Assembly (NCBI GenBank): GCA_002633005.1
Contig: NMRA01000442.1
Location: 245,074 to 309,073 of the forward strand
Direction of reading: 5' to 3'
Source: Phoronis australis
Lineage: Eukaryota > Animalia > Phoronida
Length of the DNA: 64,000 nt
Shown: piece by piece, positions 1 to 12,368 of the stretch
Position numbering within the stretch: position 1 is the first letter of the stretch
Layout: each line of letters begins with the position of its first letter
Position numbers and translations under genes: made by a program
Notes under the pieces: generated by a model
What the model was told of the DNA's origin: nothing
What the model saw: only the letters and a program-made list of their open reading frames with translations
Databases searched by the model: none

Positions 1-63
1 CGGTTTTGGTCTACCGGTTGCGGTTTGAAACTTTAAAGTACCTTTATGAAATTGGCTGTAATA

Positions 64-2482
64 CCGTAATCGTTCGGGTTAACGCCCATGCTCAGTTAAC
101 CGCCCATCCCCGACTTTAAGTGGATTTTCGATTTAAAGGCCCACTGCTCAGTTAAGCGCCCCCCTGCGATTTTTGAAGATTTCCAGTTAAGCGCCCACCT
201 CTCGGTTAAGCGCCCATCCCCGACTTTTAAAGAATGAAGATTTAGCGCCTAGTGCTAAGGAAACGCGCGATTCCCCGACTTTTAGAAAAAGATCGATGAT
301 CACAATGAGTGCAATGGCGCCGGGACTCCGAGACGGTGGTTTAGCAATCTGAATTACAATACAGGTAACGAGTTATTGTCTTGGGTCATGAACTCACTTC
401 AAAATGTAATACTTGAACCTTTTTGTCACTTTATTTTCTTCCCTTGTTTGCAAAAATTAAGAACGCCGCCGGCGTCAAAACCTCCGCTTTCAGCGACTTT
501 GTCTGCCGCGCTGTGTTTCCGTCTGCAGTGCACTACATAAAACATATATTCGAAAAAATCAGGCCAGAGAAATGTGACAATGGTTTTGCCAACCCTCCAA
601 ATTCTATTAAGGTGGGAAGCTCTAGCATTTCGAACAAATCTCACAACTCACGGAAAGATGTCAAATTCTTAATATTTTGATGAATATAACTGCCTTATTA
701 TAGAGGATGTGGGGCGACCGAAGGGACAGTACAAGTGCCTTACTGGAAAACCGATTTCGTTGCTGCCTGTCGATTTCTGAATTCAAACGTTGGCAATAAT
801 GTATGTTTGTGTATGATCTTGAAGTAATAAAAAAACGGCTAGTCAAATTTTGTTTTTCGCTTACTGCATCTCAGTCAAACTGGTTAGCAGATTTAACTTA
901 TGTCGCTGGCTGTTCTTTACTATTCTTGCGTCAGCCTGCACGTAAGCGTGACTGTGTGAATTATCGTTTCCACATCCCCTTTTTTAGCCATCCAGAATAA
1001 TTTTGTTTATACATTGGCCATTTTCAGCTAGAACAAGAATTCTTACCATTCGAGTCTGAAATATCTACGACGTAGACTGCTTGACGATAGCGGGTAGGAG
1101 ATTCACACAGCTAGTTACAGGGATGGGCTTAGGGAGCATCGAGCCGGGAAATATGGCAATAGACTTGACATCGCAGCTTTGGGGAACACTGGCAACGGAG
1201 GAATATCGTAAAGAACTGGGTCTTTCGTAACAACAGCTTAAAAGCACATAGTCACGTCCGTTTTTTGTTACTTCGGACTGTCGCTATGTTTGACTGACTT
1301 GTAGTGGTGCACCTGCGCAAGTTCCCACACTTTGGAGTGCATGTTACCTTGACACCAACATGGGATTGACAGGTGACTCACACGTGCGTGCTGAATACCG
1401 CCACTATCTTTGGCCATAAAAAACGAGATGGATATTGAAAGAGGCCGTTATATTACTTGACGGCATTTCCAAGTCACGATTGTGAGCCGACTGAGACATT
1501 GCGTGATAACAGCGGGACCGAACAGTGCCCGGCTGCAGTGCGATATTACAAGTGATATAAATAGGATAATCTGGACATCTTGCATGAAAAATAAATGTTT
1601 TTCCACCACGAAGTTTGGTAAAGTGATCGTTTAGAATAATGAATTGAAACATTGCTGTTTTCTGACATTTGGAACATATTTATGCAGTTGCTTGAAATTT
1701 TATTCTTGATCGACGACTGGCTCGACCACCCCCCGATCCTTGTCTTACTTCTTTGCATAGCATGTTTAGCGCAACGGCAAGAGAGCAATGACGGGCTGTC
1801 GAGACAAGACAGCTAGCCGCAGAACCATACGCTGAAAATGTCATTGAGTCACGGAGTGTCGACTATAACATCCCAAACACAAAAAACAACAGAGTTAAGT
1901 TTTTCAAACTTTTATTACAACCAATTCTAAAACTGCTCTCTGAGTCGGAACTTGACAGCTACATATAGTACGAGACTGTAACCATAAATTTGATGTCTGA
2001 CCTCTGCAACACGTGAAGCTTGCACGCGCACACTTAAGCAGGGTCACATCTTGAAACAGTTTTAATTCTAGTGGAGGCTGCGAGGTCACTGGTCGTCTGC
2101 GCACCGCAGGACGGCACGGGGCTATTACTCAGCAATTTTGTAAATTTAATAGTGAATGACTAATCTGAGGGCAAGAGAACCTTTGTTGGGATCATCCGCT
2201 GTTATGATGTTTTCACAGTCATTTGGCGACGTTACGATAAAGCTCTTTGAAAAGGGCTACGCGTTCCGAGTATAATTGTCGTGTCGGGATTTAGATCGCC
2301 AGGTAAGATTAACCGCCCAGGGCGGTTGTCTGTCGTAATAAGCGCCCATGTTCGGTTAACCGCCCATCCCCTACTTTAGGCGGATTTTCGATTTAACCGC
2401 CCACTGCTCGGTTAACCGCCCTCCCCCGATTTTTTGGATTCGCCAATTTAACCACCCAGGGCGTTAACCCGAACGATTACGG
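64..2482. mobile_element. Non-autonomous Tc1/mariner-pogo-like DNA transposon (TA TSD, CCGTA termini)
   Basis: TA|CCGTAATCGTTCGGGTTAACGCCC at 62-87 and its reverse complement GGGCGTTAACCCGAACGATTACGG|TA ending at 2484. Many subterminal TTAA(C/G)CGCCCA repeats at both ends. No recognisable transposase ORF inside. Confidence 0.85.
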
Positions 2483-3406
2483 TAGTATTACAGAGAAGGT
2501 ATCTATGAAGGACTATCTGGGTTGTGATAGTGGGCTTATGTAATATATGGTATTGAATAAACTGCATCAAGCAAAAAATGATGACAACAGAAAGTATAGC
2601 TCAGAAGACAGACATTTTTTATGCCTAAGCATGATTCACTGCACCAATCCCCAAAGCAAAAAATTCTGTAATGACATATGCCAAACTGAATATAAGTCAA
2701 GTTTAGACATCAACTTTTGGCCCGGCGCAACCGACAAGGAGCAAATTGACCTGTGTCAAGCGGCTGTTTACACACACAACTCACTAACCATGTCAAGACG
2801 GAAATTAAAGGCTGGAGAGACTGGATCGCACATGCGCAGGTTTACAAAATAAAATAATTAAAATTTTCAAGAGGCATGGCTGTGCGAAAATAGTAGAATG
2901 GCCAGAAATATCCTAAAACCAGTATTTGAATTGAATAGAAAGTAAAAAAAATCATTGGCAACCAATGTGTGAATAGAAAGGTCGATGTGAAGGGAATGGG
3001 AAAGTCCGTTTTATAAACAGTTATCATGTATTCAAGGGATGTGTGAATGAACAGAAGTAAACGTGATCAGGGGTTATAACTGGTGCACGAATTTTTACAA
3101 ATAGATCAACATGCGTTCCCAAGGTGCGAATGAATAGAAAGTAAACATGCAGACTTCTGCACCATGTTCGAATTAAGAGAAGGGTAAATATTGTTTTTGT
3201 TAAAAAAAGTGGGTGTTCGAAATTTAGTATGTACGATATTGTAGAGTAGTTACCGTAAACGCTGCTTTAAAAAGCAAATATTACCAGACGCAGCATTTGT
3301 AAAACCTTTCAAATTTCTCACTTGAACACCATCCAAAGAAAAATTAAACGGTCAATATACATGTAAAAGAACAATCCTCATTAGAACTGTGGTCAATTAA
3401 TTCCAG

Positions 3407-6400
3407 GTGGCCTCATAGTGATGTATGCTGCCATAGGCCAGATGCGATGCCTGGGACTGTACTTTGCTGAACTTCAGAAACTCTTCAACGAAGGATCAAT
3501 GGTTGCAGCAATCTTGCCTTCAGTGCTTTTTGCTATGGCTCCTATCATGAGTGAGTCATTGTCCTACAGCGAGGTATCTTGTTGGTCTTGCTCACTCACA
3601 AGTGTTTGCATTTAGACCTAATCTTTAAGGTTACGTGGCCTTTATCGACAAGGTTGAGTATTTGAGACAACTATCTATAAACTATAGAATTTACCCAGGT
3701 AAAATAATGTGATTTTCCGAAGACCAAGCAGAACACATTTAGAATTTGATTTTTGGCTATCCAGTAACACCCATCTCATGCTCGCACCCAGGAGGGGCTC
3801 TGGGGGCTCAAATGAGCCCCCCCCCCATTTAGCGAAGTGGGCAAAAAAGGTCGGCCTCTGAGAAACAAAAAGACCGAGAAAATGAGACAAAAGTCCACTA
3901 AACAAGCACAAACGCCCAATTCACAGTGGTGCCCTCGTTTTTTTTTAGTCCGCCCGCTAATTTGTTACCATAAGGTCCACCACGTTTTTTTTAGTCCGCC
4001 CGCTATTTTGTTACCAAAAGGTCCACCACGTCAGAATTCGAGCTCCCCCACATTGAAGGCTGGGTGGTAATGTCTGACCACATAATTTTATTAAAATTTA
4101 GCAAAAATGAATTCACAGCAAAACAATGGTATCAATTACATGACCAAATTCCATGTTATGTAAAGGCCGAATATGAAATTTCAAAAATCTTGTTGATTTT
4201 AGTTTCATGCAACTTTTGCTTTTTACGAAACTCCTGCAAGTCCCAATTTTTCATAGCCCTTCATGCATACTGTACTTCGTACAATTATGAACAGTGTTTT
4301 GGAGACCAGTGTATAGAGTGCGGTTATATCTGAAACTAATTTTCATTTAAATCCAACGATGTTCCGAAGTTAACAAAATATGGACAATTATCCAGGGTCA
4401 TCACACATGACCTGGGACGATTATTTCAGCACCAGTGATTATAAACTTTGTACTGAATGAGTGAACTGTACAGGAACTCCATCTGGAACTTCATTCCAAC
4501 ATCACTGCCAATCATGACTAGTACTTTTCATGGAAAGTTAGCAGCCATTTTGTGATTTGGTAGTGTGGTCACCTCAGAGGAAACAAAATCTGAAATGCAC
4601 TCTGGTCAATCTTAGATGTATGGTTTTTGCTGTGGTGGTAGACTCTTTCTCTGCAAACTGTTACATTCATGACACACCCCCTTCTGTTACAGGTTTGATA
4701 TCCAGTGCTCTTGCCTCTTTGTACGGCACCCGTCCTGTTGTTCTCATAGGAATAGCCTTCTCAGTGCTGGCTTATGTACTGACCTTCTTTTCTGCTAACA
4801 CGGCCCAGTTTATAATATTCTACAGCTTGCCTACCTCAGTAGGCTTGGGCCTCATCTATACACCCACACAGATCCTGGTGGCTTGTTACTTCGTTAAGAA
4901 CAGCTCCTTGGCACAGGGTATCATCAACACAGGCACGTCACTGGCTGGAATCTCGCTACCCTACATTTTCAGGTGGGTTGAGGTTATCTGTGGTTGTCCC
5001 CCACCCCCTTACGAGATAATAGATCTGCCAGAGTTACGACAATGTAAATGAGCGTGTGAAAAACAGAAAATATTTTGTCTTCCTAAAACTGCTATTGGTT
5101 TGTTTTACACCAACCTGTAGCCTATTTACACACATTTTGGTGGTCATTTCTCCTGAAAACTTCAGAAGAACGAGGTGTATCAACCCACTCATCAAGAAAT
5201 TATCTTTGTCAAAAACTGAAATGTCAGTTTTGCTTTTATCACTTAATGTGTTAATTTAATGTGAAAGCATTACTTTTTCTTACACCCAAGTTCAAGTTGC
5301 ACTACATAATATCGTCCTGTAGTATGCATGGCACCACTTAATATGTGTTATATGATCAACGGTGTCAATGATAATGACAGTATTTTAATACTGACTGTCA
5401 TCCCATCGTAATTGATTTCAAGATAATATTCAATGTATTTATTATAGTTGGTAATTGACTGCAAGGTATATAATATCCAATGTATTATAGTTGGTAATTG
5501 ATTTCAAGGTATATAATATTCAATGTATTATAGTTGGTAATTGATTTCAAGGTATATAATATTCAATGTATTACAGTTGGTAATTCAGATTCTTAATGAA
5601 AAACCTATTTTATCAGAGACTTATCGTAAGTCAATCACTACTCAACTCAACCAGTATCTATCGTATCCACTCAAGTACAAGCCCAAGGGAAAGCTTGAAT
5701 AACAAAGGGGAATTTATACACGAGTGGGTTGCTGTTAAACATTTGTGTGCAAGACCTTGGGTTTGTATCACACATTCATGCGCATACTGTAATATCACAA
5801 ACTGACGCACTTGCGATGAATGCTCGCTGTCAACAGGTTCTAATTTTTAGGCAGCTTTGCACTAGCTCGCTCATCGACAGGGCACCGGTGAGTTTTATTT
5901 GACATAGACTGAGAGGCAAGACGAGTAGGTACATACCCAAACAAGTGTGTTTATATGCAAGAAAAATTGGGGGTGGGCTTGTAGTTGAGTGGGAGGGCTT
6001 GCTTCACTCAAAAGTGTAGGAAGGACTTAACCACATGGTGGAAGTGCTATACTGTGGTCACCTGCACCGCTTCAACCACAAACGAAGTTCGACATCTTGG
6101 CAATTTGTCTATTGCAGCTTTCTGGTTGACGCCTATGGGTTTCGCGGAACCATGTTGATCTTAGGCGGTATCCTGGCCAACACGATGATGGCAGCCATGT
6201 TGTTCAGACCACTGGAATTCTGGGAACCAGCCAAAGCCAAATCCACATTTGGTAAACAACAGGACACAGCGAATGGAAATGATTATGAAGGCAATGCAAG
6301 TCGCGGGCAATATGAAAATTCCACTGATGGAGACAATGAAGATAAAGTATCATTGTTCGACGATTCAAGTGCAGAGCATAGAACAATGTATAATGTATCA

Positions 6401-9323
6401 GCCACAGGATCAATGATAATTCTAGGCAAGATGTTTACTGCTAGTCAACAAGAATTGGAAGACATACAGAAACTCGAGCAGACTGAAGGACAAGAGGAGA
6501 GTCCTAGCAAATTAAGGCGTTGGTTGAGTGCCATTAATAAGGTCATGAACTTTTCCTTGTTGAAAAAACCGGCATTTCTCATTCACACAGTATCATCTGG
6601 TTGTGGATTTGCCGTCTACATGGTCACGTCTGTGATGCTGCCATCTCATGCCATAGATTTAGGGATACCAAACGACCAAAGCTATGCATTGCTCTCAATA
6701 GGCACAATTGCTGAAGTCCCGGCAAGGATTCTGATAACCTTTCTGGCAGACCGATGGGGAAATACAAAACATGGTCAAAAGTAAGATTAACAGCAACATA
6801 ATTATGAAAATGTATTAAATGTGTATTTAACCCTTATCCTGCGCTAGGCGAGGTCAGCCGACATGCCAATTATCCTATTAAAATGCGTTGGGTGTACTCA
6901 ATCGACTATAATAAATTACAGCTGGGCTGCGCTAGGAGAGTGCACTCACCCCAGGACACTTGTGATTTTCATTCAGAAATTGTAAGAGCCCTGGAATGTT
7001 GTTTAGATATGTGAACATGAGCATTTCATACTTCACAACTTCCTCTACTGTTCTCCAATTTAAACCATATGGCTGTGATTACTAGTTTGAGAGATCTTGG
7101 CAGGTTTATGTAAGTGTAGACACATAGTTTCATTATATGGCTGGAGTCATACGGGAGAGGATGACAGTGGATCAGTTTACTTTCACCAAGGCTATGATAA
7201 AGACTCATATATGGTGAAATTCTCCATTAAATTCTGCACAAGTTTTGTATTTGACTTCTTTTCTGTTAATTTAATATTTCCCCTTCAAATTTCCAATTTA
7301 AAATTGTTAGGTCGTTTGTCTAGGTGACCTCCACAACAGCTTAGTGTAAAGCAGTAGTGGAGAACCTACATAGCTCAGCACACAAGGAAAGTAGTCTGAA
7401 TTGAGGCTCAGCAGGATAAGGGTTAAAGAATTAAACTATTTATCTTGTGTATCGTTTGTGATGGAATTTTCATCTATCAGTTGGCATCGAGATACACTTG
7501 GCGTTTGTTGGTAGTTGCTCTGGGAAAAACAGACTTCATTTATTTAATCCATATTATTCAATACTTTGTTATTTTTTAAATTTACTGTTAATAACTGATG
7601 GAAAACGCAGTCAATGATTAACAGAGCCTTTTTCTGAAAGGTTTCAGATGATGTCCGTCTGCATGGTATTATCCGGAGTCTTCAGTTTCCTCATGAGTAA
7701 TTCTACGACCTACATAAATCTTGCCGTCTACTTTTCAATCCACACGTTTCTCATGGGCGGGGGATTCCTGGCACTCAACGTTGATGTGCTGCGTGATGCC
7801 ATCGGGCTAGAAAAGCTGTCTAATGGAGGGCTTGGTCTGAGCCTTCTTTTTACGGGGATTACGAATGGTCTGGCGCCCTTGTTTGTGGGTAAGTCTGTCA
7901 TTGTTTATAGCATATTTGTGCTGAAACTGGTGTCCCACGACAAAATCAAACTTGCAGAGTTACTCTCAATGTAAATACCCCTCAACTGACCAAGGGTACG
8001 GCAAAAAGAGTCATAATAATTCTGATCAGAACGCAGTCTGGAAGACAAGAAATTTCCAAACAAAAATATATTTTGAAGTTAGTTCATATCAGCATAGTAT
8101 GTACGACACCGTGATCATTAATTATGACGAGCTAAAATTCACAGCATTTTCAGAATGTTGTACGAGTTTAGATTAATTTTGGAAATGAACATTGATTGAG
8201 TTTAAAGTAGCGCTCTAACCCGTAACATGGTGCCTACCACAATTTTGTCACAAACTAATGTTATTGACGTTTACGTAATACATCACATTTTTACAGCAAT
8301 GCATGCATATCAGATATTAAATTTTCTTACATGTGAATTGTATTTCATAATTTAGATAAGCGATATCACATCATAATTCACTGTTGGTGAGTGCTAGATT
8401 CCCTGTTCATACCAAAGAGGTTATCAATTTCAAAACAGATCTAAAGGTTATAACTCTGGATCTGAACACTTTGAAACCGTTTTAAAAGTCGTAACTAGCC
8501 CGGTTACAACCCTATGTAGGAGTGTTAAACTACAATGACCTGAAAAGCCCATAAATCACTTCTTGTCAACATATTGAGGAATAAGATAAGACCAACTTTA
8601 TAACAGAACATGATATAAATTGAGAGGTGTCAACAGAAGGCGTGAGTTTATTGCTGCTTTAAACTCGGGAAATTGCTCTCTAAAAAGCGTAATAAGCCAT
8701 TAACTGTGCTTATGTATAGAAGGAACTGAACGACAATTTGAACACCATCTATGCTAAACAAAGTGCAGTTGTATTCACTGACAACTTGTAAATGTGATTT
8801 AAAAAATTCCGCAAACAGGTGACCTTTGCACTAATGACGTACTCGGCGACTCACATGGCCCGCATCATGCAGTGTTATTCCCCAGCACCACGTCACGATA
8901 CTTACTTGACAACATTCACAATGATTTGCAGCGATCATTTTCACTACAAAACTTATTCTTAAAATCATTTGGCAATTTTCAACCTACTTCATATTTACAT
9001 CGTTGCTATATGTTGTGTTTCTAACTAATTTGGCCATTAGCAATCGCACATAAGGAATGACCCTGCCTGTTCCACTTCAAGGTAAGTTAGCATAATATCC
9101 ACCAATCAAGTTAATGACATGCAATGCCAAGAATTACTAGCACCAGGTGTTTATTTTTCCAGGAGCAATGAGAGATTACTATGGTAACTACAAAGGAGGA
9201 TTCAATCTCTTGGGTACGATGGGAATTACAGGCGGTCTGTTGCTATGGTTACAACTGGTGGTGCAACGAAGAGAAAAAGCAAACAGGATTCAGATGGATG
9301 AAACCTCTGTGGAAAATGATTAA
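3407..9323 (+). CDS. SLC16: SLC16/monocarboxylate transporter family protein, gene 1 (5' partial; first coding exon not found in window)
   Basis: Exons 3407-3550, 4693-4972, 6118-6780, 7641-7888, 9163-9323, all GT-AG with consistent phases. Motifs GQMRCLG (TM1), YFVKNSSLAQG (TM4-5), YGFRGTMLILGG (TM6), EVPAR (TM8), GAMRDYYGNY (TM11-12). Stop TAA at 9321-9323. Confidence 0.9.
3935..4030. repeat. Two-copy ~45 bp tandem repeat inside a GC-rich repeat fragment
   Basis: TTTTTTTAGTCCGCCCGCTA(A/T)TTTGTTACCA(T/A)AAGGTCCACCACG occurs twice head-to-tail. Confidence 0.7.
5408..5585. repeat. Minisatellite, ~41-43 bp unit, ~4 copies
   Basis: GTAATTGATTTCAAGGTATATAATATTCAATGTATTATAGTTG repeated tandemly in a gene 1 intron. 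Confidence 0.85.
6831..7422. mobile_element. piggyBac-type MITE
   Basis: TTAA|CCCTTATCCTGC ... GCAGGATAAGGG|TTAA: perfect 12-bp TIR with TTAA target duplication, inside the gene-1-specific intron. Confidence 0.85.
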
Positions 9324-9524
9324 AAGGCGAGACTGCAAACAAAAGTTGAGATAACATCATTTCCTGCTGTTTACGGCAACCTCTATCTTATTTACATTGA
9401 CACGATGTTTCAGTGGGTCATTTCTCTGGCCATTATCAGTTGTCACAGCGTTTTCAGAAGAACGAGCTTGCCTATCTGGTACACTCGCGGTGGGGTCTTG
9501 CATTGTATTTTTGCCGGTGCATGG

Positions 9525-9630
9525 CGAGGTTTGACCCTGGGATCAGCACTCTAACCACTAAGCCACTAAGTCATCCTAGTTGTATGAGTGCTGGTCTGCC
9601 AACTGAAAGGTCCCAGGTTCAAACTGCGCG
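9525..9630. repeat. Degenerate tRNA-derived SINE fragments in the 3' flank of gene 1
   Basis: Minus-strand A-box-like (CTAACCACTAAGCCA) next to plus-strand B-box-like (GGTCCCAGGTTCAAAC) pieces. Confidence 0.35.
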
Positions 9631-12368
9631 ACATGCACCTCAAAAATATAATTGATTACATAGGCGTTAGTAACAAGAAAATATTTTGTGCTGGCTAGAT
9701 TGTTAGTTTGTTTTTGACCAACGGCATTAGCCGGTAGTTACTAGCTACAAATTGCAAGAAAAATACTAATTGAACATTTTAGGAAAGGGTAGCATAGAGG
9801 ATCACAAATTCCACAAATGATCATGACAGAGATGACCAGTTTGAGCATGCCCGATATTGCACCGTGTGTGAGCGGTCAAAAAGTTTTCCTGCTTTTATTA
9901 GCAAGAGGTTGAAGGTACCCTTTCAAATGAACAGTTGGTGCTATTAAGATGACCGTCTTTCTGTCTGCTCCTGAACCAGTTTAATGTTATGTTATCAGGT
10001 GCTGTCTCAGTTATAATATTTCTTGAGATAAACAAAATTTGATGCGATAGGATGTATAAAGATAAATGTCAGCAACCGAGAAGACTATTGATATTTGTTC
10101 TGGGTTAGGTTTTTCATCATTTGGTAATGTATTAGGAAATAATTTTTCTAGTATACCTCTGTCCTGATTTGGTTTTGAATTTACCGTGATAGCCTCCTAC
10201 CCATGTTGAAGACAATCCCTTGTAAGCCAATAAAACATAAGATAAGTGGTTCTGATCAGTGCCAAACTCATTTTGAAACCTGTACTTCTTGATCGAAAGA
10301 AAAAAGAAAGATACGGATAAGTTTCATGAGGCACTAGCAGGCTGCAGAATAACAGAAAGACCACCCTTTGGGTTTGCATTTTTGTAGGTATTTTTATGGG
10401 CTGTTTACGTTCTAGTAAAATGTGCGAAGTTGTTGAATAATGCTATTTCATGTAATTACTTGATGTATTTGTATGTCCATTTGGTGGTTTACATACATAG
10501 AAATTAATGCTAACAGTGAATTGTATTTAATTTTTGTAAACCTTGGTTGTAGCAGTCAATAAGCAATATTAAATGGCATTTGTTGTTGTTTTTGTTGGCA
10601 CTCATGACCGCTACACCTGCATGGTTTAGTTTTGTAAGACTAGCAAAATGTACGAATTTGGATAATTTCAGAAAGTCACAGCTCAGAAATGATTGACGAG
10701 ATTCTTATGAAAGTTTCACAATATATATTCAATAGAATTCCCCAATATGCTGTCAGGAATTGTTACGTGGTACCAAACACTAGAACTCTTGTATTAGGAC
10801 TCAAAAGTTCAGTACACTGTGATAAATGAAAACAAAAGGATATTTTAGAAAACTAGCAGTGTTTATGAGATTTTATCCTAAACATAAAAAATTGGTCTCA
10901 TTATAGATACCATTGTTTAGATACAAATGTTCCCCTCCTTTTTGCTAATTTTACTAAAATGACGTGGTCATGTGACCCAATTAGTGGCAGTTTGCTTAAA
11001 AAGTCAAAAATCTAATTTTACAGGGTTTCTGCTGTCAGAAAATAAATGGTTTTGCGGAGATAAAATTAAAGTTTTGTAGAAATTTGGCTCAATACACATA
11101 CATGTAAATAAGATCCTAAACAACCTACGGTAGAAACTTGACAATTTCGGGCAAAAAGAACGACAATTTTTTTTTTCATTTTTCAAAGGCTACTAGGATA
11201 GTTAAGAATACCATATCTACGATTTGTCAGAGTTCTTAGTACTGTTATAGAATTGATTTAGTGCTTTTTATCTTTTATGAAAAAGTGAAAAAAATAAAAT
11301 CTCACTCATCGGCCAATAATAATCGGTCCTAAATTTGAGATATTTTACCGTGCTTGATGCTGATGTCATCACTTTGAGGGGTCGCGTGCTCTTGGAATGT
11401 CAAACTTTTCTTGGCCCATGATTCGATCCTAGCACAGTACAAAACATTTCTCACTTCCAAGTGTGCAGTCCTGGTGGATTTTTTAATCCATTATGAAGGG
11501 ATTGTGCTGGCTTTGGACCATTACCTCGGCTTTTTGATCCTGAACGATCCTGAACAGTGAAAATAAGGTTTGGAGTTTATTTTAATTTTTGCATACAAAA
11601 AGTTTTTCGAATTTTTCATGTTTTGGCTTTCTACAGGGAACATAGGTGGAGGCCAGTGATAGCACTACCTACTGCAAAACTAAAAATTACATGCAGTACC
11701 AGCTATTTTTGACGCTGCAGTCTATAAAAACCGAATCTGCACTAAAAAGCTGAGCCTTGTCAGTCTTTGAATGACAAAAATCGGTGAACTACAACAGACT
11801 AACGCAGAAACTCATGTAGTGCATCACCAGCTGCTGGCTCCTGCAGTGTATTCCCAGGGTGTACTCTTTCAAGGTCAGCTTGTGTACCAAACCCAGCAAT
11901 AGAAGACTTATATTAATCCCCAAAAAATCCCACATATGTATAGGTAGGTGTGCACTGAAAAATACAGAAAGTAATAAAGAAAGTAATCCTCTAATCAGCA
12001 AAACATTAATAAACTTGAGCTTTGTCATTCACTAGAATCATGACCTATTTTACCTGTGACCTATTAGTTACGAACAGCATTATGAAACAGCCACAGTGTA
12101 TACATAAAGCATGTCAATAACATTTTATAGATATTGTTTTGTCTGATCCAAAAGAGTAAGTCACTGGTTAGGTCTGATTTCCTCAGGCATTAGTCAGACA
12201 TTGGATGTTGAGTACAGCATAAAATGAATGTGCCGGAGTGACCTTTCAATATTGCCTTATAGCTAAAGTGCAAGCAAGCAAATTTGCCCATACAGTCACG
12301 TCTGTCTGGGATGAAATTCTACTGCTTTGTGAAATGATATTTATCAAGATTTAGTCAGCTGGCAAGAA

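Noticed and set aside
2500-2545. Possible first exon of gene 1 (..IWVVIVG..)
   Set aside because: In-frame TGA just upstream, no DxGWAW motif and no proper phase-1 donor; the real exon is probably left of the window
2842-3027. Minus-strand ORF containing HWLPMI, reminiscent of the UNC79 tail
   Set aside because: No flanking similarity; lies in a GAATAGAAAG-repeat region; treated as chance
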